Shown here: positions 48,001 through 59,620 of the stretch, in pieces | Position numbering within the stretch: position 1 is the first letter of the stretch | Layout: each line of letters starts with the position of its first letter | From: Macrostomum hystrix | Taxonomy: Eukaryota > Animalia > Platyhelminthes | DNA length: 64,000 nt | Assembly (NCBI GenBank): GCA_950097015.1 | Contig: CATNEN010000038.1 | Span: 4,402,001-4,466,000 of the forward strand | Direction of reading: 5' to 3' | The notes under the pieces: generated by a model | What the model was told of the DNA's origin: nothing | The model's database searches: none | The model's input: only the letters and a program-made list of their open reading frames with translations | Made by a program: the position numbers and the translations under genes

Positions 48001-51000
48001 GGAGGGTGTCGAGGGCGGCCCACCTGAGGTGCCGGGGAAGTTCTCAAAGCGAGGGAAGCAAAAAACGATGATTCATTGCTACGGGACAGGTGTCGAAGTA
48101 ATAGTCATTAATCAGTTTGAATACCGGGCCTGAAGGTGATAAAATGATATTTTTACTGGCTATCTACCCACTGCGTTCGATTTTGCTAAAAATCGGAACG
48201 CATTGAGAAGACTTTATATGCTCACTGTCAGTAAAACAATTATGAAATAAGAATCAGGTCACGCAGCTACCAGCAATGACTCATGCTGAATTAAGGAGGC
48301 AAGGTGTTGGCTCACCTGCTGAATGGATCGGTCACTGATCACTCACTGATTGATCAACAACACTAATTGATTCAACTGATAAATCACTGCCTGTATACCT
48401 ACTTTGAACTGTGCTTCATAGTTGAATTGATACACTGATGTCAATGCCCTCGTATATACAAACAAGCAATTATGCAAATGTTAAGTTTTTTAATTAAGTG
48501 ACACTGGTTGCGAAGAAGATTAGAACTAAAAAAATCATTTTCAGCGGCAATTAACCGGAAGCCAGACTCGCAGATAAACTCATCTTAAGACACAGATAAA
48601 TTCTAGGTTAAATACCTTTCCCACAAGTCATCGGACTACTTACAGAGCATCTGGCCAAAGTATAAAAGGCGGTATGAATAAAAATTATTTAAAAAAACTG
48701 TAAAAATTAAAGCTATTGAAGCTAGATTGTGGATAAGAAAAACTCGATCGTATCAGTTAAAAATAACGGTAAATAGATACCAGCATTAGCTGGCGCAATT
48801 GAGGGCGAGGTGTGGCGTCCCCCCAGTCCATGGACTGAGCAGCCGTACGCAGCCTTCAGATGCGCCCGGCAATAGCTGCGACTGTGCTGTCGGCTGCACA
48901 ACTGGCCCGATTGGGGCAGGTGTAGTCAATTATTATCATTCTGAGGGCGGTCGGTGGCAGAGCGGTTATCGCGTTTGCCTCTCGCACCACGGTCCCTAAG
49001 TTCGATTCCACGGCGAGGCCAAATTTATTTGGGGCGCAGCCGCGGAGAAAAGGCTTGGGGGCTTGTCGTGCAATTTACGCCCTTGTGGGCCAACCTTCAG
49101 GCACAGTTAAATTTACACTGCCTGACGATGAGAAAGTCAGGGCAGATGTACACACCTGTGTGAGCGTGTGCCTGCGTACAGTATCTGTGTGCGTGTGTGC
49201 TCAGGAGTCAGCGAAATGGGCAGAATTGCCTCCTCGCTGGCTGCGGGTCTAGTATCACTAAATTATGTGCCATTGCCCGCAGCCCTCCTGCAATTATATA
49301 AATTTTTATTATCATTATGAAGGCAGTTAAAATAAAAGAAGTGAAATCTACTAAATAAGTATAGATTGAAATGGTGAAAATATTGCGAATGCCGAAGTCA
49401 GAGGAAAGAGAACAGTTGTTGCAAAGTCTGTGTCCTCAAACAATAAAAGCAACTCTCACGCATGGCTGGCGTCGAGCTGACATCGGGCGTCACAGGTGGA
49501 CCGACGGTCGTAACAATGGGCGAAGGCAGCGAAGAGCCCTGGCTGCCGATGCTCTGGACGTAGACCGAGTACTTCGGCTCCAAGGGCTGCGGCGGAGCAG
49601 GCAAAGCAATAGTAGCGCCAACCAGGATGCTCATGCTGACGTTCTGCAGGGCGGACAGGTAGTGCGTGTAAAGATTCTGAATAATCCACTGAGCTATACT
49701 GAAAGCAAGCCACATACTACTGACGTTAGCTAGACTTGATCCTGATTTCATTCGATTGGATCTAAATTCTGGTGTCGATGACATACTCAAAAAGTCGATT
49801 CAAGTGTCGATGAGATACTTTAACGTGGCAATCCAGGTGTAAATAATATACTTCAAGGAGGCAATCCAGGTGTAAATGACGTGCTTTAAGGAGGCAATCC
49901 AGGTGTAAATGACGTGCTTTAAGGAGGCAATCCAGGTGTAAATGACGTGCTTTAAGGAGGCAATCCAGGTGTAAATGACGTGCTTTAAGGAGGCAATCCA
50001 GGTGTAAATGACGTGCTTTAAGGAGGCAATCCAGGTGTAAATGACGTGCTTTAAGGAGGCAATCCAGGTGTAAATGACGTGCTTTAAGGAGGCAATCCAG
50101 GTGTAAATGACGTGCTTTAAGGAGGCAATCCAGGTGTAAATGACGTGCTTCAAGGAGGCAATACAGGTGTAAATTGCGTGCTTTAAGGAGGCAATGCTGG
50201 CATCGAAAGTCATTAGTGAGTCCCACTACAAAAAACTAAAAAAGACTCAGAATAACTCACACTGAAATAGTACACATCTGAGTCGGCCTTCCAGTGCACA
50301 GAGTAGCCTTTGACCAGCTGCGGATTGGTCACTGGCTCCGACCATTTCACAGAGATCAGTCGCTTAGTGCTGTCCAAAGAAGCGCTCACGTCTCGAGGCG
50401 GTCCAGGCACAGACACTGGGAGCAGTCGGGAAGGTGGGCTTTAGTTATGATATTTTCGAAACAATACTGATTTATCTCATTGACTGACTATATCCACAAC
50501 AGGACAGGCCACTTGCCTAGGTATACGCACATTGCACTACTAACTCGGTAAGTAGAAGGTAAGCATTTTGAACTGCCTAAAAACGAAACAGCTGAAACTA
50601 ATCAAGGTAAAATAACGAGGTAGTCGAAAGCACTCACCAAAGCCCTCGGCATGGCAGGTGAAAACGTCCTTCAGAACGGTGCCGTTGTAGCAGGCCGAAG
50701 CCGTGGCCTGTGAATTCTGGCAGAGTGGCAGGCAGGGCGTTGGCACGTTACGATGGGCGCAGCAGCGGGCCGCGTTACTGCTGCCTGCACAGACGAGCAT
50801 GATGCCATCATGAGAAGGTGCCTTCAAGCAACTCAAGTTACAAAGGAAAGTTCAGATTCTAAGAAATCAAACCTACCTAAGCCGCAGGTGCTCAGCTTAG
50901 TGCTGAACTGCAACAAGCAGGTAGCCGAGATTTCACCGCTGGCTGACAGCTTCCAGGGCTCGCAGAAGACCCGGCACTCTTCCGCGAGACCGGCGCCCCG

Positions 51001-52415
51001 GCAGCAGTCTAAAATGTCAACAGGAAGCGCTGAGCACTGGCACAGAGGCACTTCAGGACTGAGCTCTTCATGCACTCAGTGGACTTCAGGGACTGAGCTC
51101 TCACACCATGGCACTTCAGGGACTGAGCCCTGACACCAAGGTATTTCAGGGACTGAGCCCTGACACCAAGGTATTTAAGGGACTGAGCCCTGACACCAAG
51201 GTATTTAAGGGACTGAGCCCTGAAACCAATGCACCTCAGGGACTGAGCCCCGACACCATGGCAGTGGTGTCAGTCATATTAAGAAAGTCAGACACGCACT
51301 AACAGAGCACATATTTCATCACTCACTGGCAAAGGCGGTCTGATTAACGTCTGTTTTAACGGATCCCTTAATTCTCAGGTAGATATCGTGCGTCATCTTG
51401 AATCCGGCAGTGGAGGTGGTGCCGTCGCTAGCCTGGCACTGGTAGTGGCCGAATGTCTGCTCGGTGACCCGCACAGTCAGGGTCAGGGCCCAGTAGGTGT
51501 CGCTGAGGTTTCCCACACTGGCCAGTGGCTGGACGGTGTAGGCATGGCCCGCTGACAGCAGCTGCTGTGGCATGGAGTCGCCAGCGTAGGTTGACACAGG
51601 CAGGTGCTGGTCTGTGAAGTACCAGACCACCTGGTGAAGGACAAATGCATTGGAATGAAATTAAAGTGGTGATTGTGCGTATGAAATTATAAGCAAATTA
51701 ATATTTTCAAAGAGATTTGAGACGATTCCAAGAGCTTTGAGACGATTCCAAGAGGTTTGAGACGATTCCCAGAGGTTTGAGACGATTTGCAGAGGTTTGA
51801 GACGATTCCCAGAGGTTTGAGACTATTCCCAGAGGTTTGAGACTATTCCCAGAGGTTTGAGACGATTCCCAGAGGTTTGAGACGATTCCTAGAGGTTTGA
51901 TACGATTTGCAGAGGTTTGAGACGATTCCCAGAGGTTTGAGACGATTCCTAGAGGTTTGATACGATTTGCAGAGGTTTGAGACGATTCCCAGAGGTTTGA
52001 GACGATTCCCAGAGGTTTGAGACGATTCCCAGAGGTTTGAGACGATTCCCAGAGGTTTGAGACGATTCCCAGAGGTTTGAGACGATTCCCAGAGGTTTGA
52101 GACAATTCTAGGAAGTTAATCCACGTTGACTTGCATTGGCGGAGCGCCGGGCCACGCAGGTGAGATTCACAATTGAATTTTGCGACACTGTCATGTCCGC
52201 GGTGGATTCTGGCTCGCTGATCAGCGGCAGCGGCTGCGGCTTCGGTGGCGGCGACGGCGACGGAGTTGTTTGACAAGCGCCTGGCGACAGCAGAAACAGC
52301 AGCGGAAGCGGAGCTGGCAAACGTGAGATAAAAATGAAGACAATTTTGTGCGTATCCAGTGAGAAACTCCTAATCACAAGAGATTGCACTCACCTTGAAA
52401 TATCCAGTGCAGCAT
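33034..52415 (-). CDS. Ig-like, fibronectin type III and Cys-rich DB-module type I membrane protein (IGDB-like)
   Basis: Exons (-): 52415-52394, 52313-52135, 51630-51327, 51029-50877, 50784-50638, 50415-50261, 49676-49460, 47326-47192, 47067-46550, 45986-45564, 45397-45199, 42110-41833, 40242-39496, 38991-38110, 34729-34143, 33110-33034. Signal peptide [21 protein letters not shown]; Ig domains (GHYQC, DSGLYTC, GHYTC); about ten DB modules (e.g. [22 protein letters not shown]); about six FN3 domains; [28 protein letters not shown]; cytoplasmic FDNPVRF. Confidence 0.88.
33128..33440. repeat. 47-bp G-rich minisatellite
   Basis: (GGGGAGGGGTTAACAGGGACGAGAGTCAGTGTACATTTAAGAGTGGT)n. Confidence 0.95.
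34884..36410. repeat. 18-bp minisatellite (AATGATCCCCCAGTTGAC)n
   Basis: Intronic tandem array; source of the ORFs at 34853-36507. Confidence 0.95.
36420..37365. repeat. 23-bp minisatellite (GCCATGATTCAGACTCTGGTTTA)n
   Basis: Directly abuts the 18-mer array. Confidence 0.95.
37615..37996 (-). mobile_element. Non-autonomous Helitron-like element with (GGTT)n
   Basis: On the minus strand: ATCCACTATACTAAAAAT start, a microsatellite, ACGGCTCAACCGATTTT, then a 3' hairpin GTACAC..GTGTAC followed by CTAT. This layout is typical of short microsatellite-bearing Helitrons. Confidence 0.55.
39050..39385 (-). mobile_element. tRNA-derived SINE, family 1
   Basis: Reverse-complement match to 48952-49300. 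Confidence 0.85.
40345..41800. repeat. 15-bp minisatellite (GAGATTCGACAGTTT)n
   Basis: Fills intron 40243-41832, with internal higher-order duplications. Confidence 0.95.
42165..45076. repeat. 25-bp minisatellite (CTCACTCTTTTATCTCACCTAGCTT)n
   Basis: ~2.9 kb intronic array with recurring variants. Confidence 0.97.
46090..46520. repeat. 15-bp minisatellite (TGGGTCAGGAAAGGA)n
   Basis: Intronic, between the donor at 46549 and the acceptor at 45987. Confidence 0.95.
47660..47990 (+). mobile_element. tRNA-derived SINE, family 1 (head partly deleted)
   Basis: TGGCAAAGCGG A box, body shared with the other copies, (ATT)n tail. Confidence 0.85.
48952..49305 (+). mobile_element. tRNA-derived SINE, family 1, full length
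   Basis: A box TGGCAGAGCGG, B box GTTCGATTCC, AT-rich tail. Imperfect TSD TTATTATCATTCTGAGGGCGGT / TTATTATCATTATGAAGGCAGT. Confidence 0.88.
49828..50195. repeat. 33-bp minisatellite (AGGCAATCCAGGTGTAAATGACGTGCTTTAAGG)n
   Basis: Near-perfect intronic copies. Confidence 0.95.
51045..51262. repeat. 30-bp minisatellite (GGGACTGAGCCCTGACACCAAGGTATTTAA)n
   Basis: Intronic tandem copies. Confidence 0.9.
51715..52110. repeat. 20-bp minisatellite (GAGACGATTCCCAGAGGTTT)n
   Basis: In intron 2 of the IGDB-like gene. Confidence 0.95.
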
Positions 52416-52644
52416 TGCGCCGGTTAATCTTATGTGCGTTAATTTTTTATGCAACGGTTTGTTTCAACTGATTGAACTGAGCTTCCTCAAGCAGCGACTA
52501 AAGAACTGTGTGACCAGCGTCTTTTGGCGTTGGCTGAAATCGGAAATTGTGCGGATCCTGGTGAATCTTTCGGAATTTTAGTGGCCCTGAATACTGAGGC
52601 GATTATGATAACCTGCTCAATGAAGCACTGGTGAAAAGTGGAAG

Positions 52645-53550
52645 CGATTCAAATGGTGATTGAGACGATTGCAATGGGATTGAGACGATTCCGATGGGAT
52701 TGAGACGATTCCAATGGTGATTGAGACGATTCCAATGGGATTGATACGATTCCAATGGTGATTAAGACGATTCCAATGGTGATTGAGACGATTCCAATGG
52801 GATTGATACGATTCCGATGGGATTGAGACGATTCCAATGGTGATTGAGACGATTCCAATGGGATTGATACGATTCCAATGGTGATTAAGACGATTCCAAT
52901 GGTGATTAAGACGATTCCGATGGGATTGAGACGATTCAAATGGTGATTGAGACGATTCCAACGGGATTGATACGATTCCAATGGTGATTAAGACGATTCC
53001 AATGGTGATTGAGACGATTCCAATGGGATTGATACGATTCCAATGGTGATTAAGACGATTCCAATGGTGATTAAGACGATTCCGATGGGATTGAGACGAT
53101 TCCGATGGGATTGAGACGATTCCGATGGGATTGAGACGATTCAAATGGTGATTAAGACGATCCTAATGGGATTGAGACGATTCCAATGGCGATTGAGACG
53201 ATCCAAATGGGATTGAGACGATTCCAATGGCGATTGAGACGATTCCAATTGGATTGAGACGATTCCGATGGGATTGAGACGATTCCGATGGGATTGAGAC
53301 GATTCCGATGGGATTGAGACGATTCAAATGGTGATTAAGACGATCCTAATGGGATTGAGACGATTCCAATGGCGATTGAGACGATCCAAATGGGATTGAG
53401 ACGATTCCAATTGGATTGAGACGATTCCAATGGTGATTGAGACGATTCCAATGGGATTGAGACGATTCCAATTGGATTGAGACGATCCAAATGGGATTGA
53501 GACGATTCCGATGGGAATGAGACAATTCCAATGAGATTGAGTCGATTCCT
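52645..53550. repeat. 20/21-bp minisatellite (GAGACGATTCCAATGGGATT)n
   Basis: Upstream of the IGDB-like start codon; related to 51715-52110. Confidence 0.95.
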
Positions 53551-54054
53551 AAGGAATATAAAACTTGGATTGCTAATGGGATTGATCTAAATGTGTCAAA
53601 ATGTGAGCTAATGAACAAAAAAATTCTGACTCAAAGCAATTGACTTTCCTAAAACTCATCGAGCTTTTTTAAGAGCATAGTAACTTGACGACCCCTTACC
53701 AACTGCTGCTAGCCAACATACAGACATCAAGAACGTGATTCAAATTTGTTATTGCTAAATATATTGTTCGTGACTTTGAAAATGAGAAGACAATGTGCGA
53801 AAACGGAATAATGATTATATGTAAGTAGTGTGACACGATTCACCAATAAATTATACAAAACAGTGACTTCACCTCTACTCAAATAAATAAGTTGGCACTA
53901 CACAATCAAGCAGTTAACGACTAACGGTTTAAACGATGTGAAGCTTACCTAAGGGTAAGCTTACAAAATATAGGACTATGGAAAGGCACAAAAATATTGT
54001 TGGTTGAGCCGTAGCTGTGAGATAGACGGCATGTGAGTTGGTTTGGGCTTGGGA

Positions 54055-54712
54055 AGTGAGGGCTTGGCTATGAGGTGGTTGGTTGGGAGTCTGCGTACAT
54101 TGCAGGCTGAGGGCTTGGCTGTGAGGTGGTTGGTTGGGAGACTGCGTACATTGCAGGCTGTGGGCTTGGCTATGAGGTGGTTGGTTGGGAGACTGCGTAC
54201 ATTGCAGGCTGTGGGCTTGGCTATGAGGTGGTTGGTTGGGAGACTGCGTACATTGCAGGCTGAGGGCTTGTCTGTCAGGTGGTTGGTTGGGAGACTGCGT
54301 ACATTGCAGGCTGAGGGCTTGTCTGTCAGGTGGTTGGTTGGGAGACTGCGTACATTGCAGGCTGAGGGCTTGTCTGTCAGGTGGTTGGTTGGGAGACTGC
54401 GTACATTGCAGGCTGAGGGCTTGTCTGTCAGGTGGTTGGTTGGGAGACTGCGTACATTGCAGGCTGAGGGCTTGTCTGTCAGGTGGTTGGTTGGGAGACT
54501 GCGTACATTGCAGGCTGAGGGCTTGTCTGTCAGGTGGTTGGTTGGGAGACTGCGTACATTGCAGGCTGAGGGCTTGTCTGTCAGGTGGTTGGTTGGGAGA
54601 CTGCGTACATTGCAGGCTGAAGGCTTGTCTGTCAGGTGGTTGGTTGGGAAACTGCGTACATTGCAGGCTGAGGGCTTGGCTGTGAGGTGGTTGGTTGGAA
54701 GACTGCGTACAT
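54055..54712. repeat. 57-bp minisatellite within a probable Helitron-like element (~53930-54730)
   Basis: Near-identical 57-bp units, flanked by hairpin AAGCTTACC-TAAG-GGTAAGCTT, GGTTGAGCCGT and GAATATAGTAAT. Confidence 0.9.
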
Positions 54713-55257
54713 AGCAGAATATAGTAATGCTAATGATGTGGCATTGATAAAGAGAGCTAATTACTAAGAATCACCAGAAGAAAAAATACAATATAAAGAA
54801 TAAAGCCTAGCCTTGTTAAGACTAGTACGAGTGCAAAGAAGTAAGTAGAAATGATAATGTAGGCATTCATTCTGAATCTTTCTCGATCGCTACTAAAAAT
54901 AGATACAAAAAAGAAGTTATGCGACACTATCAAACAGTCGCAGCTAACATATTACTGGTCCAATGGCAGAGTCCAGCTGCGTTGACTTAAGCAAGTTTAG
55001 AAAGGCCAATAATCTATAACCACTTGCTTGGGATAAGAGTCAAGTCTTGGTATCTTCAAAAAACAATTTACTAACACAATTCTTGAGAAGGAAATGATGA
55101 TTCGAGATCCCAAATCGAAGTCCAAAAAGTTTCGAATCCCAATCCCAGATCCTTAAGTTAGGAAACACCCCCAGATCTGAAAATCCGGAAAGTCAAATCC
55201 CAAAAAACTGGGTTATAAATATCTTCAGATATAACAAATGGCACCGTTCAGCGGTCA

Positions 55258-58200
55258 CTAATATCCAACAATGTGCTCGCCGCCCCTGTAGTCAATTAGC
55301 GGCTTGGTCAGGTGACAGAAACCGGGCATGAAGTGGGTCTCCTCGGAGAACTTGGCGATGTGCTTCCTGACGGCCTGGAAGCGGCTGCGCAGCTGTTCGT
55401 CGCTCAGGCTGAAGGCGTCGGCCAGAGCCTCCGCGTACTCCTCCTCGGTGGAGGCCAGGAAGCCCAGCTCCGGGCTGCTGACAATGTCCATCCTGGGCCC
55501 GCCGGAGTTGTGTGCGATAACAGTGAGGCCGGCTGCCATCATGTCCACCACGCCGATGCCGAAGTGCTCCTCTCGCATCGAGTGCAGGCCGACGCGAGCC
55601 TTCTCCAGCCAGGCCCGCAGCTCCGAGTGCGTGGCGTTCACCTGCGTGTGGGGAGTGCTATTGTGCCAACTGTGCTGGTGGCGTTGCTATTGCATGGCTA
55701 CGCGTTGTGTTTGCCACGTTTATGGCATAAGACACGAGAGGAACAACAGCGGATTCAAAAGAGGAGATTCAACTGAGAGGATTGAACAGAGGGGATTGAA
55801 CAGAGGGAATGAACAGAGGGGATTGAACAGAGGGGATTGAACAGAGGGAATGAACAGAGGGGATTGAACAGAGGGGATTCGACAGATTGAACATAGGGAA
55901 ATGAACAGAGGGGATGAACAGAGGGGAATGAACAGAGGGGATTGAACAGAGGGGAATAAACAGAGGGGATTGAAGAGAGGGGACTGAACAGAGGGGAATG
56001 AACAGAGGGGATTGAAGAGAGGGGATTGAACGGAGGGGAATGAACAGAGGGGATTGAAGAGAGGGGAATGAACAGAGGGGAATGAACAGAGGGGAATGAA
56101 CAGAGGGGAATGAACAGAGGGGATTGAAGAGAGGGGAATGAACAGAGGGGAATGAACAGAGGGGATTGAACAGAGGGGAATGAACAGAGGGGATTGAAGA
56201 GAGGGGAATGAACAGAGGGGAATGAACAGAGGGGATTGAACAGAGGGGATTGAACAGAGGGGATTAAACAGAGGGAAATAAGCAGAAGGAATTAAGCAGA
56301 AGACGAATTAAGCGGATTAAGCCCAAGGAATAGGGATATGTGACAGATCTGGCCAGGGATAAGTAAAGGGCCAGACCTGGAAGCGGACCCGGTCCTGAAT
56401 GCCGAGCTCCTCAGCCAGGCAGCGCAGACGCTCCACCCTGGCCTGGTCGTCGTCGTTGCGGCAGCCGCCGATGAGGACGAGGCTGGCGCCGCTGCTGACA
56501 GCCTTCGGCGCCTGCCGCAGGAATCTGGCAAAAGCGCGCAGCTGCAGCGGGTGGTCCTTCTCCGGCCGGAATTGGGCTACGGACAGCGCGATGGGCAGCC
56601 GGCCGACGACACTGTCCGGGCTGAGGTGGTCAAACTCTTTGACGTAGACAGGCGGATAGAGCAGGCGCGGCAGGCTGCGGCCCCACAAACTGGCGATGTG
56701 TGCGGTCGTCCAGCTGGAATTGGTCATGACCAGATGCCAGCAGCGGCCGAACCAGCCGTACAGCAAGGCGAACAGGCGGTAGTACACCAGCTTGGCCAGC
56801 CGCTTGGCCGGCGAGTTCACGGCCGGATTGTTGACTGCCACGGAGTTGGCGTTGACCACCTCGATCATGTCGGTGGAGATCAGCGGATAGTGAATATAGC
56901 AGGCGGTTTTGCAGCCGCCGAGGTAGCGAAACACAGCGCCGGCAAAGTGGCAGCCCATTGTGTCGATGACAACGTCCGGGTTGGCGAGCCCGATGGCCTC
57001 CAGGCCGAGTAGGGCGCCGCCGATGCTCTGGCGCAGCAGAGTGAGGCGCGGGTAGCTGGTCGGGTCGATACAGTCGCGTCGGGTCAGGAAGACGAAGCGG
57101 ATGTTGCCGGGCTGCGGCATGCCGACGCCCAATGTCCGCTCCACCTGGCGAAGGGAAATTGAAAGCTGCTTAAAGAGAGGAATAAACAATGGCCTTGTGA
57201 AAACCATGGACAACGAACGCATTAGTAGGATGTTTGCTATTTACTGTTTATTGTTTACTTTTTCTTGATTTTTTCGAATTTATATCAGTTTTTATCGCCC
57301 ATTATATTTCTCGTCATAAGTAACAATGTACTCGTTTTAATAAGCTAAATTCAACAATTAATAAGCACCCAATTGCACATTGAATTAAAAATATAAATAT
57401 AAATAATTAATAATCAAAACGATAGCTCCATTAAATAGAAGAGAAGATGTGAGAGAGAAGAGATGGGAGAGAAGAGATATGAAAGAAGAGGTGGGAGAGA
57501 AGATAAAGGAGAGAAGAGGCGGGAGAGAAGGGGTGGGAGAGAAGAGGTGGGAGAGAAGAGGCGGGAGAGAAGAGATAGGAGACAAGAGGTGGGAGAGAAG
57601 AGGTGGGAGAGAAGATAAAGGAGAGAAGAGGTGGGAGAGAAGATAAAGGAGAGAAGAGGTGGGAGACAAGAGGTGGGAGAGAAGAGGTGGGAGAGAAGAG
57701 GTGGGAGAGAAGAGATGGGAGAGAAGACATAGGAGAGAAGAGGTGGGAGAGAAGAGGTGGGAGAGAAGAGATAGGAGACAAGAGGTGGGAGAGAAGAGGT
57801 GGGAGAGAAGAGATAGGAGACAAGAGGTGGGAGAGAAGAGGTGGGAGAGAAGAGATAGGAGACAAGAGGTGGGAGAGAAGAGGTGGGAGAGAAGAGATAG
57901 GAGACAAGAGGTGGGAGACAAGAGGTGGGAGAGAAGGTGGGAGAGAAGAGGTGGGAGAGAAGAGGTGGGAGAGAAGAGGTGGGAGAGAAGAGGTGGGAGA
58001 GAAGAGGTGGGAGAGAAGAGGTAGGAGAGAAGAGGTGGGAGAGAAGAGATGGGAGAGAAGTGGTGGGAGAGAAGAGGTGGGAGAGAAGAGGTGGGAGAGA
58101 AGAGGTAGGAGAGAAGAGGTGGGAGAAATGGGAGTTAAGAGACAGTAAAAGACATAGGGGAAAATGGTAGAGACGAAGTGAGCAGGCTGTAAGCACCGCA

Positions 58201-58615
58201 TGGCCGGGCCACCCACCTTGGCCAGAATGGCCTGTGCAGCCAGTCGCTCTTTATCCGCCTGGCTGAGCGACGCCTCGGCAGCCGGGTCGAACTCCGGCGA
58301 GTCTTTGTAGGCGTCCAGGTCGCCGGTGTAGACAAAGACCCGCAGCTTGGCGTCGTGCTCAATCTGCAGGGCGCGGACGGCCAGCCAAAGCACCCGCTCT
58401 CCGCCGCCTCCTGCGTTGCAGTTGGGATGGAAGAATCCGACCATGACTTCACCCTCGGTGAGGTTGAGCTGCCGCCTGAGCTGCTCTCGCTGCTCCTGAA
58501 GGCCGCGCCGCTTTTTCATGAAGGCCACGAGGAGGAAGAATGCCAGCAGCTGCACCAGCGGCATGTACAGCATGAGAAGGAAGTTTACGCCAATCAACAG
58601 AATCACGGCTAGCAT
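55258..58615 (-). CDS. ALG11: GDP-Man:Man(3)GlcNAc(2)-PP-Dol alpha-1,2-mannosyltransferase
   Basis: Exons (-): 58615-58217, 57144-56377, 55641-55258. N-terminal TM; [79 protein letters not shown]. Confidence 0.96.
55780..56275. repeat. 14-bp purine-rich minisatellite (GAACAGAGGGGATT)n
   Basis: In ALG11 intron 2. Confidence 0.95.
57435..58130. repeat. 14-bp purine-rich minisatellite (GAGAAGAGGTGGGA)n
   Basis: In ALG11 intron 1. Confidence 0.95.
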
Positions 58616-58777
58616 CCTGACTGAAAAATGTATTGCAACTCAAGTTGTGCGAATTATTAATACATTTTTATTGAACTAACCTAACCTAGTTGGGCCAGCA
58701 ATTGCGCGCCAGTTCAATAGGAAGTGGACAGATGTTCAGTCTATGGACAGAAGAACGACACCCCACTCAGACAGCGT

Positions 58778-59620
58778 AGCGATTCTAGCCCAATAGCTAC
58801 GATTCCTACTTCGATTCTAGCCAAATAGCTACGATTCCTACTGTGATTCTAGCCTAATAGCTACGATTCCTACTTGGATTCTAGCCTAATAGCTACGATT
58901 CCTACTGTGATTCTAGCCCAATAGCCAGGATTCCTACTTCGATTCTAGCCAAATAGCTACGATTCCTACTGTGATTCTAGCCTAATAGCTACGATTCCTA
59001 CTGTGATTCTAGCCCAATAGCTACGATTCCTACTGTGATTCTAGCCCAATAGCTACGATTCCTACTGTGATTCTAGCCTAATAGCTACGATTCCTACTGT
59101 GATTCTAGCCTAATAGCTACGATTCCTACTGTGATTCTAGCCTAATAGCTACGATTCCTACTGTGATTCTAGCCCAATAGCTACGATTCCTACTGTGATT
59201 CTAGCCCAATAGCTACGATTCCTACTGTGATTCTAGCCCAATAGCTACGATTCCTACTGTGATTCTAGCCCAATAGCTACGATTCCTACTGTGATTCTAG
59301 CCCAATAGCTACGATTCCTACTGTGATTCTAGCCCAATAGCTACGATTCCTACTGTGATTCTAGCCTAAAGCTACGATTCTTGCTGTGATTCTAGCCCAA
59401 TAGCTACGATTCCTACTGTGATTCTAGCCCAATAGCTACGATTCCTACTGTGATTCTAGCCCAATAGCTACGATTCCTACTGTGATTCTAGCCCAATAGC
59501 TACGATTCCTACTGTGATTCTAGCCCAATAGCTACGATTCCTACTGTGATTCTAGCCCAATAGCCAGGATTCCTACTGTGATTCTAGCCTAAAGCTACGA
59601 TTCTTGCTGTGATTCTATTT
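58778..59620. repeat. 32-bp minisatellite (CTACGATTCCTACTGTGATTCTAGCCCAATAG)n
   Basis: Between LRMDA and ALG11. Confidence 0.95.

Noticed and set aside
49113-49152. Hammerhead-like motif order CTGACGA..GAAA.GTC in the SINE
   Set aside because: No room for stems II or III, one copy has CTGATCA, the motif is absent from the family-2 SINE, and the region folds as a simple hairpin.
8716-58196. Long repetitive ORFs in the track (e.g. 8716-9633, 34853-36507, 40554-42100, 45944-46897, 49762-50226, 54043-54714, 57385-58196)
   Set aside because: They are translations of intronic or intergenic minisatellites. Flanking splice sites join the real exons in frame without them.
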